Positions 48,713 to 61,743 of a stretch of DNA of 64,000 nucleotides are shown piece by piece. The stretch spans positions 32,001 to 96,000 of the forward strand of contig CBDBCZ010000014.1 of assembly GCA_965203295.1 (NCBI GenBank), read 5' to 3'. The notes under the pieces are model-generated. The model made no database searches, was not told the DNA's origin, and was given only the letters and a program-made list of their open reading frames with translations. This stretch comes from Nitrospirales bacterium. Its GTDB lineage: Bacteria; Nitrospirota; Nitrospiria; Nitrospirales; UBA8639. The translations under genes and the position numbers were made by a program. Position 1 is the first letter of the stretch, and every line of letters starts with the position of its first letter.

Positions 48713-51700
48713 TCAGAAGTCTTCCATATCTTCCACTAGCACGGCTTCACCACTCGTAACATTCCTGTCAAAGGTCAGCCTCAGGCACTGGACTTTAGGC
48801 AGGGGTTGAGCTAATGAGTCTCCACTCTGGCCTGCAGCATCGTCAGCACCATCCTCATTATTGGCAACCAGTCCCTCTAGCTCTGCAATATTCACCTGTG
48901 GAACAGTTCTTTTCCGAGTGCATGTGCTTGTATAGCAGTGGACTAGACACTGTTTGATCTTCCTCATAGTCTGTGGCAGGTGGCTGCGAAAGTGGTATAT
49001 CAGAATTCCGATGAACGTTGTATAAGTCACGCCTAATGATATACTGCTGACAACATCTTGCGATACTCCCACACTGCTAACAGTTTGAATGTATAGTGAG
49101 GAAACTGATAGCATACCAAGATTTAGAAAGAATGAAGCTTCTAGGGTATCCAAAAGCCAGTTTTTATAGATTCCGGAAGCAATCCACTTGAATCCAAGCA
49201 GGAGCATAACCATCATGGAAACAAACAGCAGATTCAGAGATGTGTCTCCAAGAGAGTTTGCTGCTAATGCTATGAAAAGAATGATGCGAACCAGAAACAA
49301 AAACCCTGCCCAGAACCGATATTTATCCTTGTAGGGTCCAGTATGGGCATCCAAGAAGGGCTTGATCTTCCTCAACCATGACAGCAGCCTGTAGTCATGT
49401 GATCTTGGCCAAAGACATTGCAAAAAGAGGAGCAGTGCTGTGTAGGGAAGAGAGAGCACAAGAAGAAAGACCAGAGCTACCAGAAAGAGAGGAATGTGCT
49501 TGCCAGATAGATACTTGACGTTAGCATCAGCTAGCCAGATGAACTTGGTCGATTTGTCTGGATAGATCAGGGTGGTAAACGATAGAGCTGTAATGATGGT
49601 ACGAAGTATCTTTGTGTAGGAGAGTAATAATAGAGTAGCGAGAACTCGGACAGAATTGTTCCTTCCAAAGACTTTACCGGCAATCGTTGAGTAGCGACTT
49701 GAAACAATCATAAATATCACCATGCCCCAGATGTAGAGAGGAAACACAAACTGCAGCCATGTCCTGGCATACATGTCCATGCCATCGTAGAAACATGTTT
49801 CGATTCCTAGGTCCAGGTTTAACCAGGCAATAACGATGGAAAAGAAGTGCATGCTTTTGGATCGGAAAAAAATAGCTTTGTTCACATGAACTATATTGGC
49901 ATAGAAAACAAGTCCACTGATGGTTCCTTCAGAGACTGTGAGATTTACTGCAGTGAGAGCAAAGATGAGGATCACACCAGCAAGCAAAAACACCAGAATC
50001 AGTGTCAAGTAAACATTGGAGCAGTCAAGACACCTGGATGTTGCTAACGAAAGGCTAAGTCCTGGTTTGCAAGCCCCACATAAAGTGCCGGAGTGATTAA
50101 ATGCGCACTGTTCATCTGGAAAATTGAGGTCGATATCTATATCCTCACTTCTGCAATAGTCAAACGGGCAGTGCTCATGGAGCAAAACACCTGGAATAGA
50201 ATGTGGTGAGGTTTCATTTGCGTCTAAACCATAGTATCCAATCCATGCCGTTGCAGGTCGACGTATCATACCGTGACCACTATTACAATCAGCAACAAGG
50301 TTGATAATTTTGTCAACACAGTCGCACTTGATTTGTGGAGGCACTCCCTTCAATGTGAATCCAGGCGGACAGGTAAGGAGTGTTACATACAATGTGGGTG
50401 GATGAGTATTAGAGAGTGCATTCTCAGCTTTATCTGGACTTTCTGCAGTAAGCGTTAATTCTCCATCACTTTTATTAGAGAATATAGTGTAATGTAGGTT
50501 TGTACACACATTACCAACTTTTTGTGATATCTGAGCCTCATTCAGGCTGTGTGAGCCTGAATCATCTACCAACACTGCAGCTACAACTCCCGGAATGACT
50601 CCATCTCTTTGACCAACTGCTACTGCTGAAACTGTGAACACATCGCCTGGGTAAACTGAGACTGGCCTACGTTTTTCACTACAGTTAGGGTGGTCATTTT
50701 CACAAAGGCATACAAACATTGGATCCGATGAAACAACCGAGAGGCCACTTTGGTAGAATTGAAAGAGTAAATTAAATAACTGTGTGCCATTATAAGAGTC
50801 CTGTTCTTGGATTTGTTCACAGGTTTCTCCAGAAATAGTGCATTCCACTTCATTCGCATATGATTCACCTAAATACTGCTGATATGAATTGTAAGGAAAA
50901 CATGTATCTACATATCCTCCATACAGAGCACTCCCTGCATGTTCAGCTGTGTTGTTTGTAAAAATGAATTGGGAGAATATTTGGGATGAATTGAGGTCGG
51001 GATAGTTGAGGTTAAAGAAGCATTTTGAACTACCTTCACCTTGAGGATTGCATTCTCTCCCTTTGACATAGATTGCACCCCCAGCATAGCGAGCATGGTT
51101 GTCTGTAAAGAAGATATTGGTGGCTCGTTCAAGATACAAGTAAGAGTCTGTACAGAGTTCAATACCAGCACCTTTGAAACCACTGTTGTTGTGAAAGCTG
51201 ATGTTACCTTCCAGGAACAGTGTTGATCCAAACATTTTCAGAGCCCCAACTTCATTGTTGTAAAATTTTCCATTGATAATTGTAACATTTTGAACACCAT
51301 TCAGGTAAATTGCTTTGCCATCATAATCCTTTATTCGTCCACTTGGTTTGCTATCATACACAGATAAATTTATAAATGCAATGCTGAATTCAACAGGCTG
51401 CAGTATATCATCTTGTACATAGATGGCACTGGATTGTGAGGCAGAGTTGTTGCTAAATGTGCAGTTTATCATTGTAACATTCCAGAGCTGACTGGCAAGT
51501 GCACGTGCAACCCTTAGTGGTGAAATATTTATGTCTAAACCACCAACATATTTAGCGGTGTTACCAAAAAATGTCGTGTTTATGAATAAGATTTGATCCA
51601 AGCCATTTTGATCTGTTTGAATTTTAGGTTTATCATCAGATAAGCTCAGATATAATCCTCCACCAGTGCGTGCTTTTCCATTCCCGAAAATAGTGTTTAT

Positions 51701-52957
51701 GAGTTCCACATTGTAACCTTTTTCATAAGGACAGCTATTAAGCCAAGCATTTCCACCACCCTTTAAAGCTTCGTTACTCTCAAAAAGCACTTCTTTTAGC
51801 TGCAAATGATTCTGATGACAATTACTACGTAAAGGGAAAAAACTTACATAGAGACCACCTCCAAAAAATGCAACATTTTCCGAAATGATAGAGTTTGTGA
51901 TACGTACGAAGTTTGTGTATGCTACTGTTTCTTTGAAGCAGGTAGTATTTCGATATTTTGGAACTGTCTGGACTGCAATACCTCCACCAAGTAATGAGTG
52001 CCCTTGTTTAAAAATACAGTTTTCAATCGTAACATAGTTTGAGGTAGTTTCTTGTTCATAAATTAATATAATCAAGTTTCCATTAAATAATTCAGCAAGC
52101 AAATTCTGATTACGATAAAAGTAGGAATCGTATACATTGATATAACTATTTGAGCATGGGTTTTCTAGTTGGACACTAAGCCCTGCTGGTGATTCCAGTC
52201 TGTAACGATTTCCTCCATAAGCAAAAAATGAAGACCTTACGCTAAATTGAACCGTGTCATTGCCAAGCTTATAGCAGTCCAACTCACTTGGGTAGAAATA
52301 GAAATAAGCATTCCCTCCGGGGTAGTCTTCCGAACCCCTGCTGAACAGCACTGTTGAATCAGTTATTGAAGAGTTTCCCAGTACATTCAAACCCACAATT
52401 CCAAATCCTCTACTTTTGTAAATGTAGACGTCAGAGAAATGAGTGTTTGTAACGTTGAATAGGCCTAATGCTAATGCATAATCTGGAAATGGCCGGCTAC
52501 TGCATTCATAAAAAGTTAAATGCTGGAAGGTTAGATTTTCGATTTTCCGAAAAACAAACCCTATTCCACTCGTGCAAAGGATTGTACTCTCTGGCATAAT
52601 GAGACCAAACTCTGCTTGTCTGGTTGTATTACTACCTGCTAACGTGACGTTGGATATATTGTTGAATTCAACAATATACTCTCCGGGGCCCATGTCAATA
52701 AGATGTATACCTGGAAGGAACTGAATCCAGGTGTTTGAAGTGAAGTAATAAGAATTGTTTTGGAGATAGTAGTCGAATGTGTAGCAGGGATAGTCATGAT
52801 CAAGGCACAGAGTGTCTGGGTCAAAGCTTGTATCACTGATGTTGGAGGAATTAGTGGGTTTTACGTAGTAGATGTTTTCTGCAGTGCACAATAGCATTAG
52901 GTTGGGAGTGCAACCCACAGCAACAGCTATCAAAATCAACAGATATGCCGGCTCCAT
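48713..52957 (-). CDS. Receptor-like membrane protein A3 (1414 aa), intact paralog of A1
   Basis: Uninterrupted ORF with the same architecture as A1; predicted 5'-UTR intron at 52982-53086. Confidence 0.92.
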   Translation of the reverse strand: MEPAYLLILIAVAVGCTPNLMLLCTAENIYYVKPTNSSNISDTSFDPDTLCLDHDYPCYTFDYYLQNNSYYFTSNTWIQFLPGIHLIDMGPGEYIVEFNNISNVTLAGSNTTRQAEFGLIMPESTILCTSGIGFVFRKIENLTFQHLTFYECSSRPFPDYALALGLFNVTNTHFSDVYIYKSRGFGIVGLNVLGNSSITDSTVLFSRGSEDYPGGNAYFYFYPSELDCYKLGNDTVQFSVRSSFFAYGGNRYRLESPAGLSVQLENPCSNSYINVYDSYFYRNQNLLAELFNGNLIILIYEQETTSNYVTIENCIFKQGHSLLGGGIAVQTVPKYRNTTCFKETVAYTNFVRITNSIISENVAFFGGGLYVSFFPLRSNCHQNHLQLKEVLFESNEALKGGGNAWLNSCPYEKGYNVELINTIFGNGKARTGGGLYLSLSDDKPKIQTDQNGLDQILFINTTFFGNTAKYVGGLDINISPLRVARALASQLWNVTMINCTFSNNSASQSSAIYVQDDILQPVEFSIAFINLSVYDSKPSGRIKDYDGKAIYLNGVQNVTIINGKFYNNEVGALKMFGSTLFLEGNISFHNNSGFKGAGIELCTDSYLYLERATNIFFTDNHARYAGGAIYVKGRECNPQGEGSSKCFFNLNYPDLNSSQIFSQFIFTNNTAEHAGSALYGGYVDTCFPYNSYQQYLGESYANEVECTISGETCEQIQEQDSYNGTQLFNLLFQFYQSGLSVVSSDPMFVCLCENDHPNCSEKRRPVSVYPGDVFTVSAVAVGQRDGVIPGVVAAVLVDDSGSHSLNEAQISQKVGNVCTNLHYTIFSNKSDGELTLTAESPDKAENALSNTHPPTLYVTLLTCPPGFTLKGVPPQIKCDCVDKIINLVADCNSGHGMIRRPATAWIGYYGLDANETSPHSIPGVLLHEHCPFDYCRSEDIDIDLNFPDEQCAFNHSGTLCGACKPGLSLSLATSRCLDCSNVYLTLILVFLLAGVILIFALTAVNLTVSEGTISGLVFYANIVHVNKAIFFRSKSMHFFSIVIAWLNLDLGIETCFYDGMDMYARTWLQFVFPLYIWGMVIFMIVSSRYSTIAGKVFGRNNSVRVLATLLLLSYTKILRTIITALSFTTLIYPDKSTKFIWLADANVKYLSGKHIPLFLVALVFLLVLSLPYTALLLFLQCLWPRSHDYRLLSWLRKIKPFLDAHTGPYKDKYRFWAGFLFLVRIILFIALAANSLGDTSLNLLFVSMMVMLLLGFKWIASGIYKNWLLDTLEASFFLNLGMLSVSSLYIQTVSSVGVSQDVVSSISLGVTYTTFIGILIYHFRSHLPQTMRKIKQCLVHCYTSTCTRKRTVPQVNIAELEGLVANNEDGADDAAGQSGDSLAQPLPKVQCLRLTFDRNVTSGEAVLVEDMEDF

Positions 52958-53598
52958 TCAAGTTTGTGTCACGTTCACAGCCTACGTAAAAGAATCATTA
53001 GCAATAATTCCACACACAAAACTATACATACAAATGCAAACAAATAAGCTTTATCATTTGTAAGTATAAGTATATTGGATAGATACCTGGCTATAGGGAT
53101 TTAACCGTAATTATGTACAATTCATTAATGAGGTAAAAACCATTGACACATATGCCTGTTCGTCCAAGGATTTTATGTGAGTTGAATCCCTCTGGTAGTA
53201 CCCAGCCTTTTGATAGCCTCACACTTCTTGATCACTTAAGTATACGTATTGGTGAAATCTCCCTGGCAGTACCTGGTACTTTGATAGCTGTGGGGAGGCC
53301 TGGGAACCAGGCTACTTCTTGATTGCTGATATAGTCTAAGTAGGCTCAATCACTCAGGTAGTGCCCAGTGCTCTGATGGCCTTGAGCTTCTTGATTGCCT
53401 AAGTAGGTTAAGGTTATGAGATATAGGAATCATAACGATATTTGTAAAGAGTAAATTTTTCTAACCATGAAATGTGACATTCTAGGTAGATTTCCACTAC
53501 TGTATTTTGCGTAAGCTTAATGAAGCTCTGTGTACATCTAACATGTGCCTGCACTTGTAAGGAACCTACAAGCATTTAATTAGCTAGCTAGCTACAAG

Positions 53599-53786
53599 TA
53601 ATAGTTAAAGGTCAGTTTGGGTGAGGGGAATCTAAAGTCCGAGGTGAAGCCGAGGAGTTTAACCCCTCACCCAAACTGAACTTTAACTGATTTAATGTAC
53701 ATTGGTATAGCAATGATCCCTGTACGTGGCCTCCTTTGAGTGCTATAAGTGTGGGAAAAAGTGGTTGCCATGGTAATGTACATTAA
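53599..53786. mobile_element. Hairpin-terminated insertion (CCGAGG-TGAAG-CCGAGG cap), absent from duplication copy 1
   Basis: Arms 53603-53628 / 53663-53688, then a second IR TTAATGTACATT...AATGTACATTAA. Empty site at ~36715-36740. Confidence 0.72.
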
Positions 53787-54602
53787 TGTAGCTAACAGGT
53801 TCCAGATAATATTGGACCAAAAACACTATGTATATCATAGGCAGTGATGATAAATTACCATTTACGGTAAGTGCAGTACATACTGGAGGGTACCGGTATG
53901 ATGGAAGACTTTGTGGGCATCTTGTGGGATTCCTGAAATATGGCCCCACATAGTCAATAATCTTACGCTATAAAGCTTTCCTCAAGTGTGCTAATAAACG
54001 ATATCTTTAAGCTATTCATAAGTCGTTATACATAGTTATCTTGCCTGACTGACCCTGAGGGCAATACCTGGTGCGAGAATTTGTGGCATGTTACTATTTT
54101 GATATCTTAAAACCATGCAGTTTGTACCACTAATTAGCTATTTACGTATTGCAGTAACTGTGCTGTAAAAAGTATACAGCTATGTACTGGTACAGCAGGT
54201 GATGACAGAGATACTAAATATTTGCGGTATCCCTCACACTTCTTTTTGATTGTTTACATACCTGTAGTCTAAGCAACATAGACACCTGGCTCTCTGGATT
54301 TAACATACTTAAACATCCCATGGAACCACCAATTTAAGTGTTATCAAATTATTAGCCAGGCAGACACAGTTTATCTTATACTAAACACCTGTGGGAACTG
54401 AGGAAGTGTTCGTGTGAGAAAACAAACTGGAAAACTGGTCGCATGAGCAGGTACACTTGCAAAGTAATGACAAATACATACACCACATGCATGCCAAAAA
54501 ATTTAATATGACTGCTGCATATATGGCGCCGGTTGTCTGGTAGCTATACTAAGTATTCAAACAACTCCATTGGGAAATTATCAGACCAGTGGGTTGTTGT
54601 TG

Positions 54603-55064
54603 TTATCCCACGCGTATGCGGCAGAGTTAAGGGATTGGTTCTGTCCGTCTGTTTGTCTGTCGTCTGTCTGTATCACAATTTACAGGATTCAGTGATTGCT
54701 AAACGTGACAGTAACATTGATATCTAAAAAAATGCTCAAATAATAGTCGCCAACTTGGTTCTATTTGCTGCATCTCCACATGTCTAACAATAATGGTGCG
54801 TTTTGCCATTCTTTTATTACGGTCACAACTAGGATATGACAGGGGCCAGGCATATACAGACTATAGACACGAATTCATATTGGCGAATACGTAGTCCGTG
54901 TCGACCACAATTGGTCGTGCCCACAGCATGAATATAGGGTATACAGCTACCCAACCAGCTGCACTGTACCAACGGCTCCATCAACCAAGTCTGCAGTCCA
55001 GCCAGGTCCCAGTTGTTAGTAATGCAGTGTGGGCTACGTATGTCTCTGCTAGAGACTTTTAGTT
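54603..55064 (+). mobile_element. Duplicated Helentron/DINE-1-like element
   Basis: Near-identical to 37549-38000. Confidence 0.6.
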
Positions 55065-56115
55065 ATCGTTTTTATAATGAGTGAACCCAGCAAAGCTGGA
55101 GGTAAGTTGATGTGTGTATGTGTCTCAAGGGAGTTCATCAAGGTGAAAAAATGTCGCAAATTAATGCATTGCCAACGTGTTTTGACTTTCTTAGTCAAGT
55201 ATGCGAACTAACAGGTTTGCTATTAAAGCACTGGAGGATAGCAGACCATAGCAACACCTGCATACATATATCAACATAGCTAGCACTAACGTGGTGCACA
55301 GTACAAGAGAGCGAACAGCCATCTACACTGTTCCATCAAAGGGCGAATGGCGAGACTTTAACTCAGGGTTAATAGTCGCTAATTAACTAAGGGCAAATTT
55401 CCACAGACAGATGTGGTGGCTTTGCTACACAGAATCAGAAAATGCCATCGTTCGCTAGCTACAGTGTTGCCTCCATGGATATTAAAGAAACTCAATGAGA
55501 TTCGCCATTCGGCAACAGCCTAAATCAGTTAGAAGCCTCAACCAATGGGTTCTTCGCTATTTATAACTTTTGCTTTGCTTAGGACACCACAGCCTCAGGC
55601 CTTGAACTTTGAGGGTCTGGGATACCGAGACTTCCTTAGTAGCCTTTGCTGAATTCGTTTCAGTGCCCAACTATTGTTAAAACTTAGCTCATGATCATAT
55701 ATATCACTTTTAAAAAAATTCCACATGACAAAATTTCCAGGTTTCCTTGACAAAAGTATGATTGTGAAGGCTGATATCCAACAAAGATAAATTTTGTACA
55801 CAATCATGTACTTATGCTTGAGTGCTATACTGTTATTGTTACTACACAGCTCTGTAAAGGCTTAGGTGAAGCAAGCACAACCACAAAGATAAAAATCATG
55901 TTAGTCTAAGAACAGGAAAATCACAAAGGTTTTACACATGCAAAATATTGGTACAAGAACTTTGCAACAGCAAGCCAGGCCAGTAAAAAGTAAAAGCACA
56001 TCAGTCTATAGTGTAGATAATTGGTTTGATCCAAGAAGTAACCATCTCCTTCATAAGAGGATTTCAAAGCCTAATTAAGCACTCCCCCATCCATTAGCGC
56101 AGTGGGCGACATGTA

Positions 56116-56585
56116 TATAATATAGCATGGTTAGTAGGTGTATATGCGATATATACGACCTGGCATCGAGGTCAGAGGAAGTTTACGTCATATAGCCCGA
56201 GGCGCGAAGCGCCGAGGGCTATATGACATAAACTTCCGATGACCGAGATGCGTGGTCGTATATACTCGCATATACACCGTATACTAACCATGCTATATCG
56301 TATATATGCTATAGATGTGTGGGTGGACGGTTAGTGCGCATGCACATATACTACTGCGTGCCAGTTCGAAAGAGAAGTAGGCAAGGATCGAGCTAGATCA
56401 AGATGGCGCGCTGTGGTAGTATACATGCATGTCTGCTGCTTCTGATTTTACATCCTCTTTGAATCAACTCATTTCCTGTTAAATAAGTGTCTGAAATATA
56501 CACTGGTGTATATATAGGCTGGGTTTACACGTGATATATACACCTAGCGGTGACTTTGATCCACCCACGCACTATAGTATATATA
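56116..56585. mobile_element. Hairpin-terminated insertion (CCCGAGG-CGCGAAGCG-CCGAGGG cap), absent from duplication copy 1
   Basis: ~180-bp imperfect palindrome at 56120-56298, then IR 56301-56327 / 56560-56585. Empty site GGCAACATATATGTGAAAAC at ~38931. Confidence 0.78.
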
Positions 56586-59500
56586 TGTGAAAACTGCAAC
56601 CTTCTCAGGAGTGCATGACCCCAAAAGGTAGGGAGGAGCTCTTACTTCATACAACCACGTGCACATCTGGCTTCACTAGCTACTCAAGTAGTTACTACAG
56701 GAATCAGCAAGCTTGTAGTTTAGCACACATTTCATATAAGCAAAGATCCATGCACGTGTACTTATAATGTCTGGATCACTTCTGTTGAAGTACAAAGATC
56801 CTTCTTCCCCTTTGGGGTTCATGCATGCACTCCTGCTAGCATATAGGCAATAAGTGATTTGTACACGGAATTGCCACTGTTGACTGTATAGTACTAGTCA
56901 TCCCTTTGCATGACATATTGAAGACAGCTTTAAGGTTAGGGGGGTTTACTCCGCCCATATCATCCAGTTGTCATGGAAAATACGTATAAAAGGTGTATTG
57001 GGTGCAGAACCTGTCACAGTAAATCACTTCTGAGCTACTCATGAGTCTGATTCACACTTCTACTAATTTAAAAGCTTCCAAAGGATTTGTATATTCAGAC
57101 ATTGAGAACAAAGACTTACTGTCTACCTCCAGAGTGCATAAAGTAAATCTAGAATAGCGCTCATTATTCTGTAACGAAGGGCAATAAGTTTTCATTCTCG
57201 ATGTCTACACATGAATACTATAGATCTACAGACACATGCGGCCATGGCTTCACCAGTATCTGTCTCTTGGATTTGGAGGGATTTACCGGGAATGCATTTC
57301 AAGCTGTTAAGTGAATATATATAGCGCCTGTACGATGAAAAGACTGCACGCATCGACAAAAATTTGGGGTTCTGCTTTCTCCAGTCTTTATACTCTAGCC
57401 CTGCATAGTTTTAGTGGCCTAGGTTCCATTGCCGTGTTGTCAACCTATCACATACAAGCTCTAGGATTTTTCAGCCTTGGGCCTAGCCTTAACAAAATAT
57501 ATAGCTACATATGTACCAGGGTAGCTATATACAGTGAAAGGAACGCTTAAATTAGCTATGCATCATGGTCCAGGAATATTTGAAAAGAAGAGTGACCAAG
57601 ATCGTGCAAGGATGTTGAATAGTTTCTTGACAGACTCCCTTACTAAGACTGCAACTGTGTAATTTATAGCTGGTCCTTTGTTTTCGAAGTCAGTGATTAC
57701 AAATCTCGGTACCAGCCCACTACTCACGGCAAACGATTCTTCGCACTTAACAGCTGCAGGATACCGTAAGTGATATCCTCCTATAGCCTCGTTCCCAGTT
57801 TCCACTTTTTATATATAAAAAACGCTGTCTGATTGTAATCCAGTAACGGTTCTTCCATGATCCGTGTTCCAGCTATATAGCTGACGTGCTTCCATCACGC
57901 TGCATGCCAGTACGGTACCCGCGCACGACGGAACCCGCAAGACGGAAAGAAGTCCAGTTTTTTGGCTTTTGTTGTTTTTGTTTTTCACGGGTTTTTTTTG
58001 CGGCAGATACTGCAAGTGATTTGTGCTGGAAAGACGTTGGAGATGGCTATAGCTAGACTAAATTAAACCGTGTAAATAATATGCATCAATGCAAGATCAA
58101 TATACCACTATATGTAAGCTTAAACATGTAGCTATGTAGGCCTACTTTGTTCCGTTTGGCTTCTGCTGCCGCAACAAACGCGAAATCTCGTACAAATCTG
58201 CTGGAATCCCTTGAAATTTTGGCAAACTTGAATCTCAGAATCTTGGCTGAAATCTATACAACGCAAGCGCATTTGTAGGCTATAAACAAGGACACTTAAT
58301 ACTATAAGTGTCCTTGCTATAAAGCAGCACAAAATAATTACGATAGAAGTTCGAAAGCGATCACGTGGGTGGTTACTAAAACCCGGAACGGAACGGAACG
58401 GTAGCAGAACGTTCTGGTGTCATGGGAAAATGGAAATGGGACCCCGGGGCGTACTTCCTAACCGATCAGGGAACGATTGAACTTAACAAATGAGACCTTC
58501 TAGCTATTCCTTTCCAGCAGTTGAGGTGCAGGGCATACTGGCTCTCATACTCCACAGCAGACACCAGCTCACACCACGTCCCAGTGTCACTCTGAGTGCT
58601 AGACTAGCTATTGAGTTTGAGCTTTCAATCCAACACGATGAATTAGCTATACTCTGTATGAGCAGTACAAAAACGGCTTGTATGTGTAGTATAATTGACT
58701 CGCTGGCAGCCATCAATTTGTGCACTTGAGTGTTGTGCAGTGTAGGTCATGTCTATTGTGGTGTAGGTCATGTCACTCTATTGGTCATGTTCTTTCCAAA
58801 AGATTAATTAGGGTTCCTTTTTCATTTTTCTGCTTTATATATTACAGTGACCTTACCTGAAACACCAGAAGATCAGCAAATACTTCTCGGTCATAGCTAA
58901 TGGTTCAGTTACTATAAGAATGTGTAGTGAAATTTTTATATCAGTAAACTGTAGTTCACAGAACAGTGCACTCCAGAGTGTTTTGTGTGGGAGGAGTTGC
59001 ACCACAATACAGTTGTCGGTATTGATAGTGTTACTGTAGTGGCATGGTCTGTTCAGCAATATGTTCTCAGCGGATTGGCTGTTTGAGTCCTCTCGTGCAT
59101 CAACTACAAGAGAATGTACGCTTTACATTAGCATTTTTGTTGTTCCATATACTTTATATCTTTTATTGCATGACACAAGTGTTGGACTTTATGGAATTAA
59201 TGCAGTAAATTTTGCTACACTAACAACTTTTCCCTATCGTTTCCCAATGTTCTCTTTCCCTTCTATCTTCATTGTGTACAGTGTAATTGCTTTTGGAATG
59301 CTAGAGCTGGACATACTTATTGGCTACACCAACCGCACCTCCCTGCATGTATTGCAATTCCATGCAGAGACTTAATTGGCGCAGAGTAGCTACAGGTATT
59401 ACAAATGAGACACATTTTTGTACTGTAAAAGATACATAACTGGTAGCTATATGCTACATGTATAGTATACTCAAGATCAACTCTTCTGAGTCAATTATTT

Positions 59501-60086
59501 AGGAAAGATATCAGCATATGCAGATCTTGTAGCTGACCATTAAGGTCGCATCGCATTTCTTCAGCTGTTGTAAACATGTGCTATACCTGTATGTGCAGTT
59601 ATGTCTAGCTATATTATACAGATAGTATTGATAAACATTCTGAGTACAATAGTAATTAAAAGTGTTTGAGGTAAAAAATTGAACTGATGTCTACTAAATA
59701 AATACAAAAAAAACCTTGAGTAACATGCGATGGGAGAAATTTGGTTTTGTGCATGCAAAATTGTCAAACACTGTTTTCTTCATCACCACACATACAACAG
59801 GTCTTGGTTCCTTCTACGCTGCGTTAGTCTTGGATATGTTCTGGATCTCTGATTCATGGTGGTCCTGTTCTGGCAACTTGTGCTCCCCTTTCATGCCAAG
59901 AGTTTTGAGGCCAGAGGATATCTCCAATAGCTACATTCACCTCGCGATGGTCATTGCTGCAATTGTTCTGCCGTGGCTACATGTACAATGGCACGCACGC
60001 CGCTTGCTCACTTATTGGCGGGCGAAGAATCGCTTCTGTATGTGCCATTGCGCATGCTCGGACAGCCACTCGTTAACTTAGTTTAT

Positions 60087-60139
60087 TAGTCTCGTGCCCA
60101 GACCATCGCTCTAGGAGCGACGGGCTGGGCACGAGACTA
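60087..60139. mobile_element. 53-bp palindromic TAG...CTA element with a 9-bp target-site duplication
   Basis: TAGTCTCGTGCCCAG...CTGGGCACGAGACTA flanked by TTAGTTTAT at 60078-60086 and 60140-60148. Confidence 0.82.
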
Positions 60140-61107
60140 TTAGTTTATTAACCATAAGGGTTAACCTCCATTATAGATCTAGTCTCGCGAACCAGCCAAA
60201 GCAAAAAACCGCGGGACTAAATGACCGGACAGGTACGCAGATATACCGGCCAATACAATCTCCTAGTTGCTCAGCCCGCGACTTTTTCGGTTGCACGAAG
60301 GAAATGGCGCGGGCCTGGAACGAGACTAACCGTCTGGCACATGGTAAAAAAATAGTGCGCGGATTTGCCGTTGTCACGTCGCTGGGCGGGGCTCGGAGAA
60401 AGGGCGGAGCTGGGATAAGATGCATGCGTTGTTGGGTGGGTGGGGCTGATGGCCAATCGTTGATAAGCTCAGTAAGCCTATTGCATGAGGTTAGCTTGTT
60501 GATTATATAGTGAGATTGCATGAAAAAAAGGTGAGTTATATATCCGGTCGGTTCTTTCCTGTGTCAGAGTCGTAAGTGACCCCACTCCCTGGCAGAAGTG
60601 ATGCCTCCCATGCAACTCCCCCCCCCCCCCCAGCTCGTCTCGTGACCACCCTTAACAACATGCATGGCGGTACGTCACCAATAGACTAGTACTGTTAGTG
60701 ATGGCAGGTAAGTCACTGAATGCTGGTACATCATTACCACCGTTCAGTGAATTATTTTGTGGAGAACAAGAATATTATCCACAGCGGAGAATATTCTCCC
60801 AGGCCGACGATATGTACACATGTACTCTCTCCAGTCTTTGTTCCTGTAAAGAGTCATTCAGTTTACCTCCATGTGTTCAGTGTGCCTGATTGTGGTGTTT
60901 ACATTATAAAAAATAATAGCGCACTCTCTGTGTCTTTCCTCTCCCTTTATTCTTTTTTGCTCTACGCCTGCTTGGACTCGTGTGGGTAGCAAAGGGCTGC
61001 ATGGTGAAGGGCTATAGTTGGAAGCCAGGCTCAGCTGCAGTATGTTGCTCAGGCAGGGAATGTCTTTGTTTGTAAACACTAGTGCTCCATGCAGTAAGCG
61101 ATTGGTT

Positions 61108-61141
<34 letters not shown>

Positions 61142-61743
61142 TTAGTCAATTAGCCCATGCACCTGGCACGCGCCATGTGCATGAGGATACTTGTGGGTTT
61201 AATGGGACTAGGTCACAGCTAGAAGTTAAATCGTGGGTTACGTATAAAATATTACGTATATACCCTACAGTATGTCCTGCATATATGTCAGCTAGTAGGA
61301 CCCTCTCAGGCAAATTGAGAGAGCTGGTATGTTAACGAAGATCTGGACTTGAGCCGTGGGGTGTTGTGTGGGCTATATAGCTAGTAGCACTTACAGCTAG
61401 GGTCACTTGTTGTTTTAGACCCTATATAGCTGTCCGTACAGCAAAATCACAGTGGTATGTATATATATAGCCTATCGTTGTCAAAACAATTCATCAGCAA
61501 TGAAATAATTATCAATTATTGCATATATATAGCTAAACTGCAAATATAATGCTTGATTAAAGCTAGTGTTTGCCAACAATTGTTATGGAATGCTATTGTT
61601 ATACCTTATATGGCATGTTGTGTAGTTGGAGGGTTGCTTGCTGCAACTGTTACAGTGGCATTCTAAAGTAGCTAGGTTCAACCAGTTAGTTAAATTCTGG
61701 ATGTGAAGTGGTAGCTAGCTAACTAGTGTAGCTAGCTTGCTAT

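Larger units (their letters stand above)
43415..58377. repeat. Segmental duplication, copy 2
   Basis: Colinear with 27180-42076; differs by element insertions and by having an intact A gene. Confidence 0.92.

Noticed and set aside
58950..59380. Faint minus-strand resemblance to hAT transposase motifs (MQGGAVGVA; LRTYC)
   Set aside because: Too degenerate to support without a profile search.
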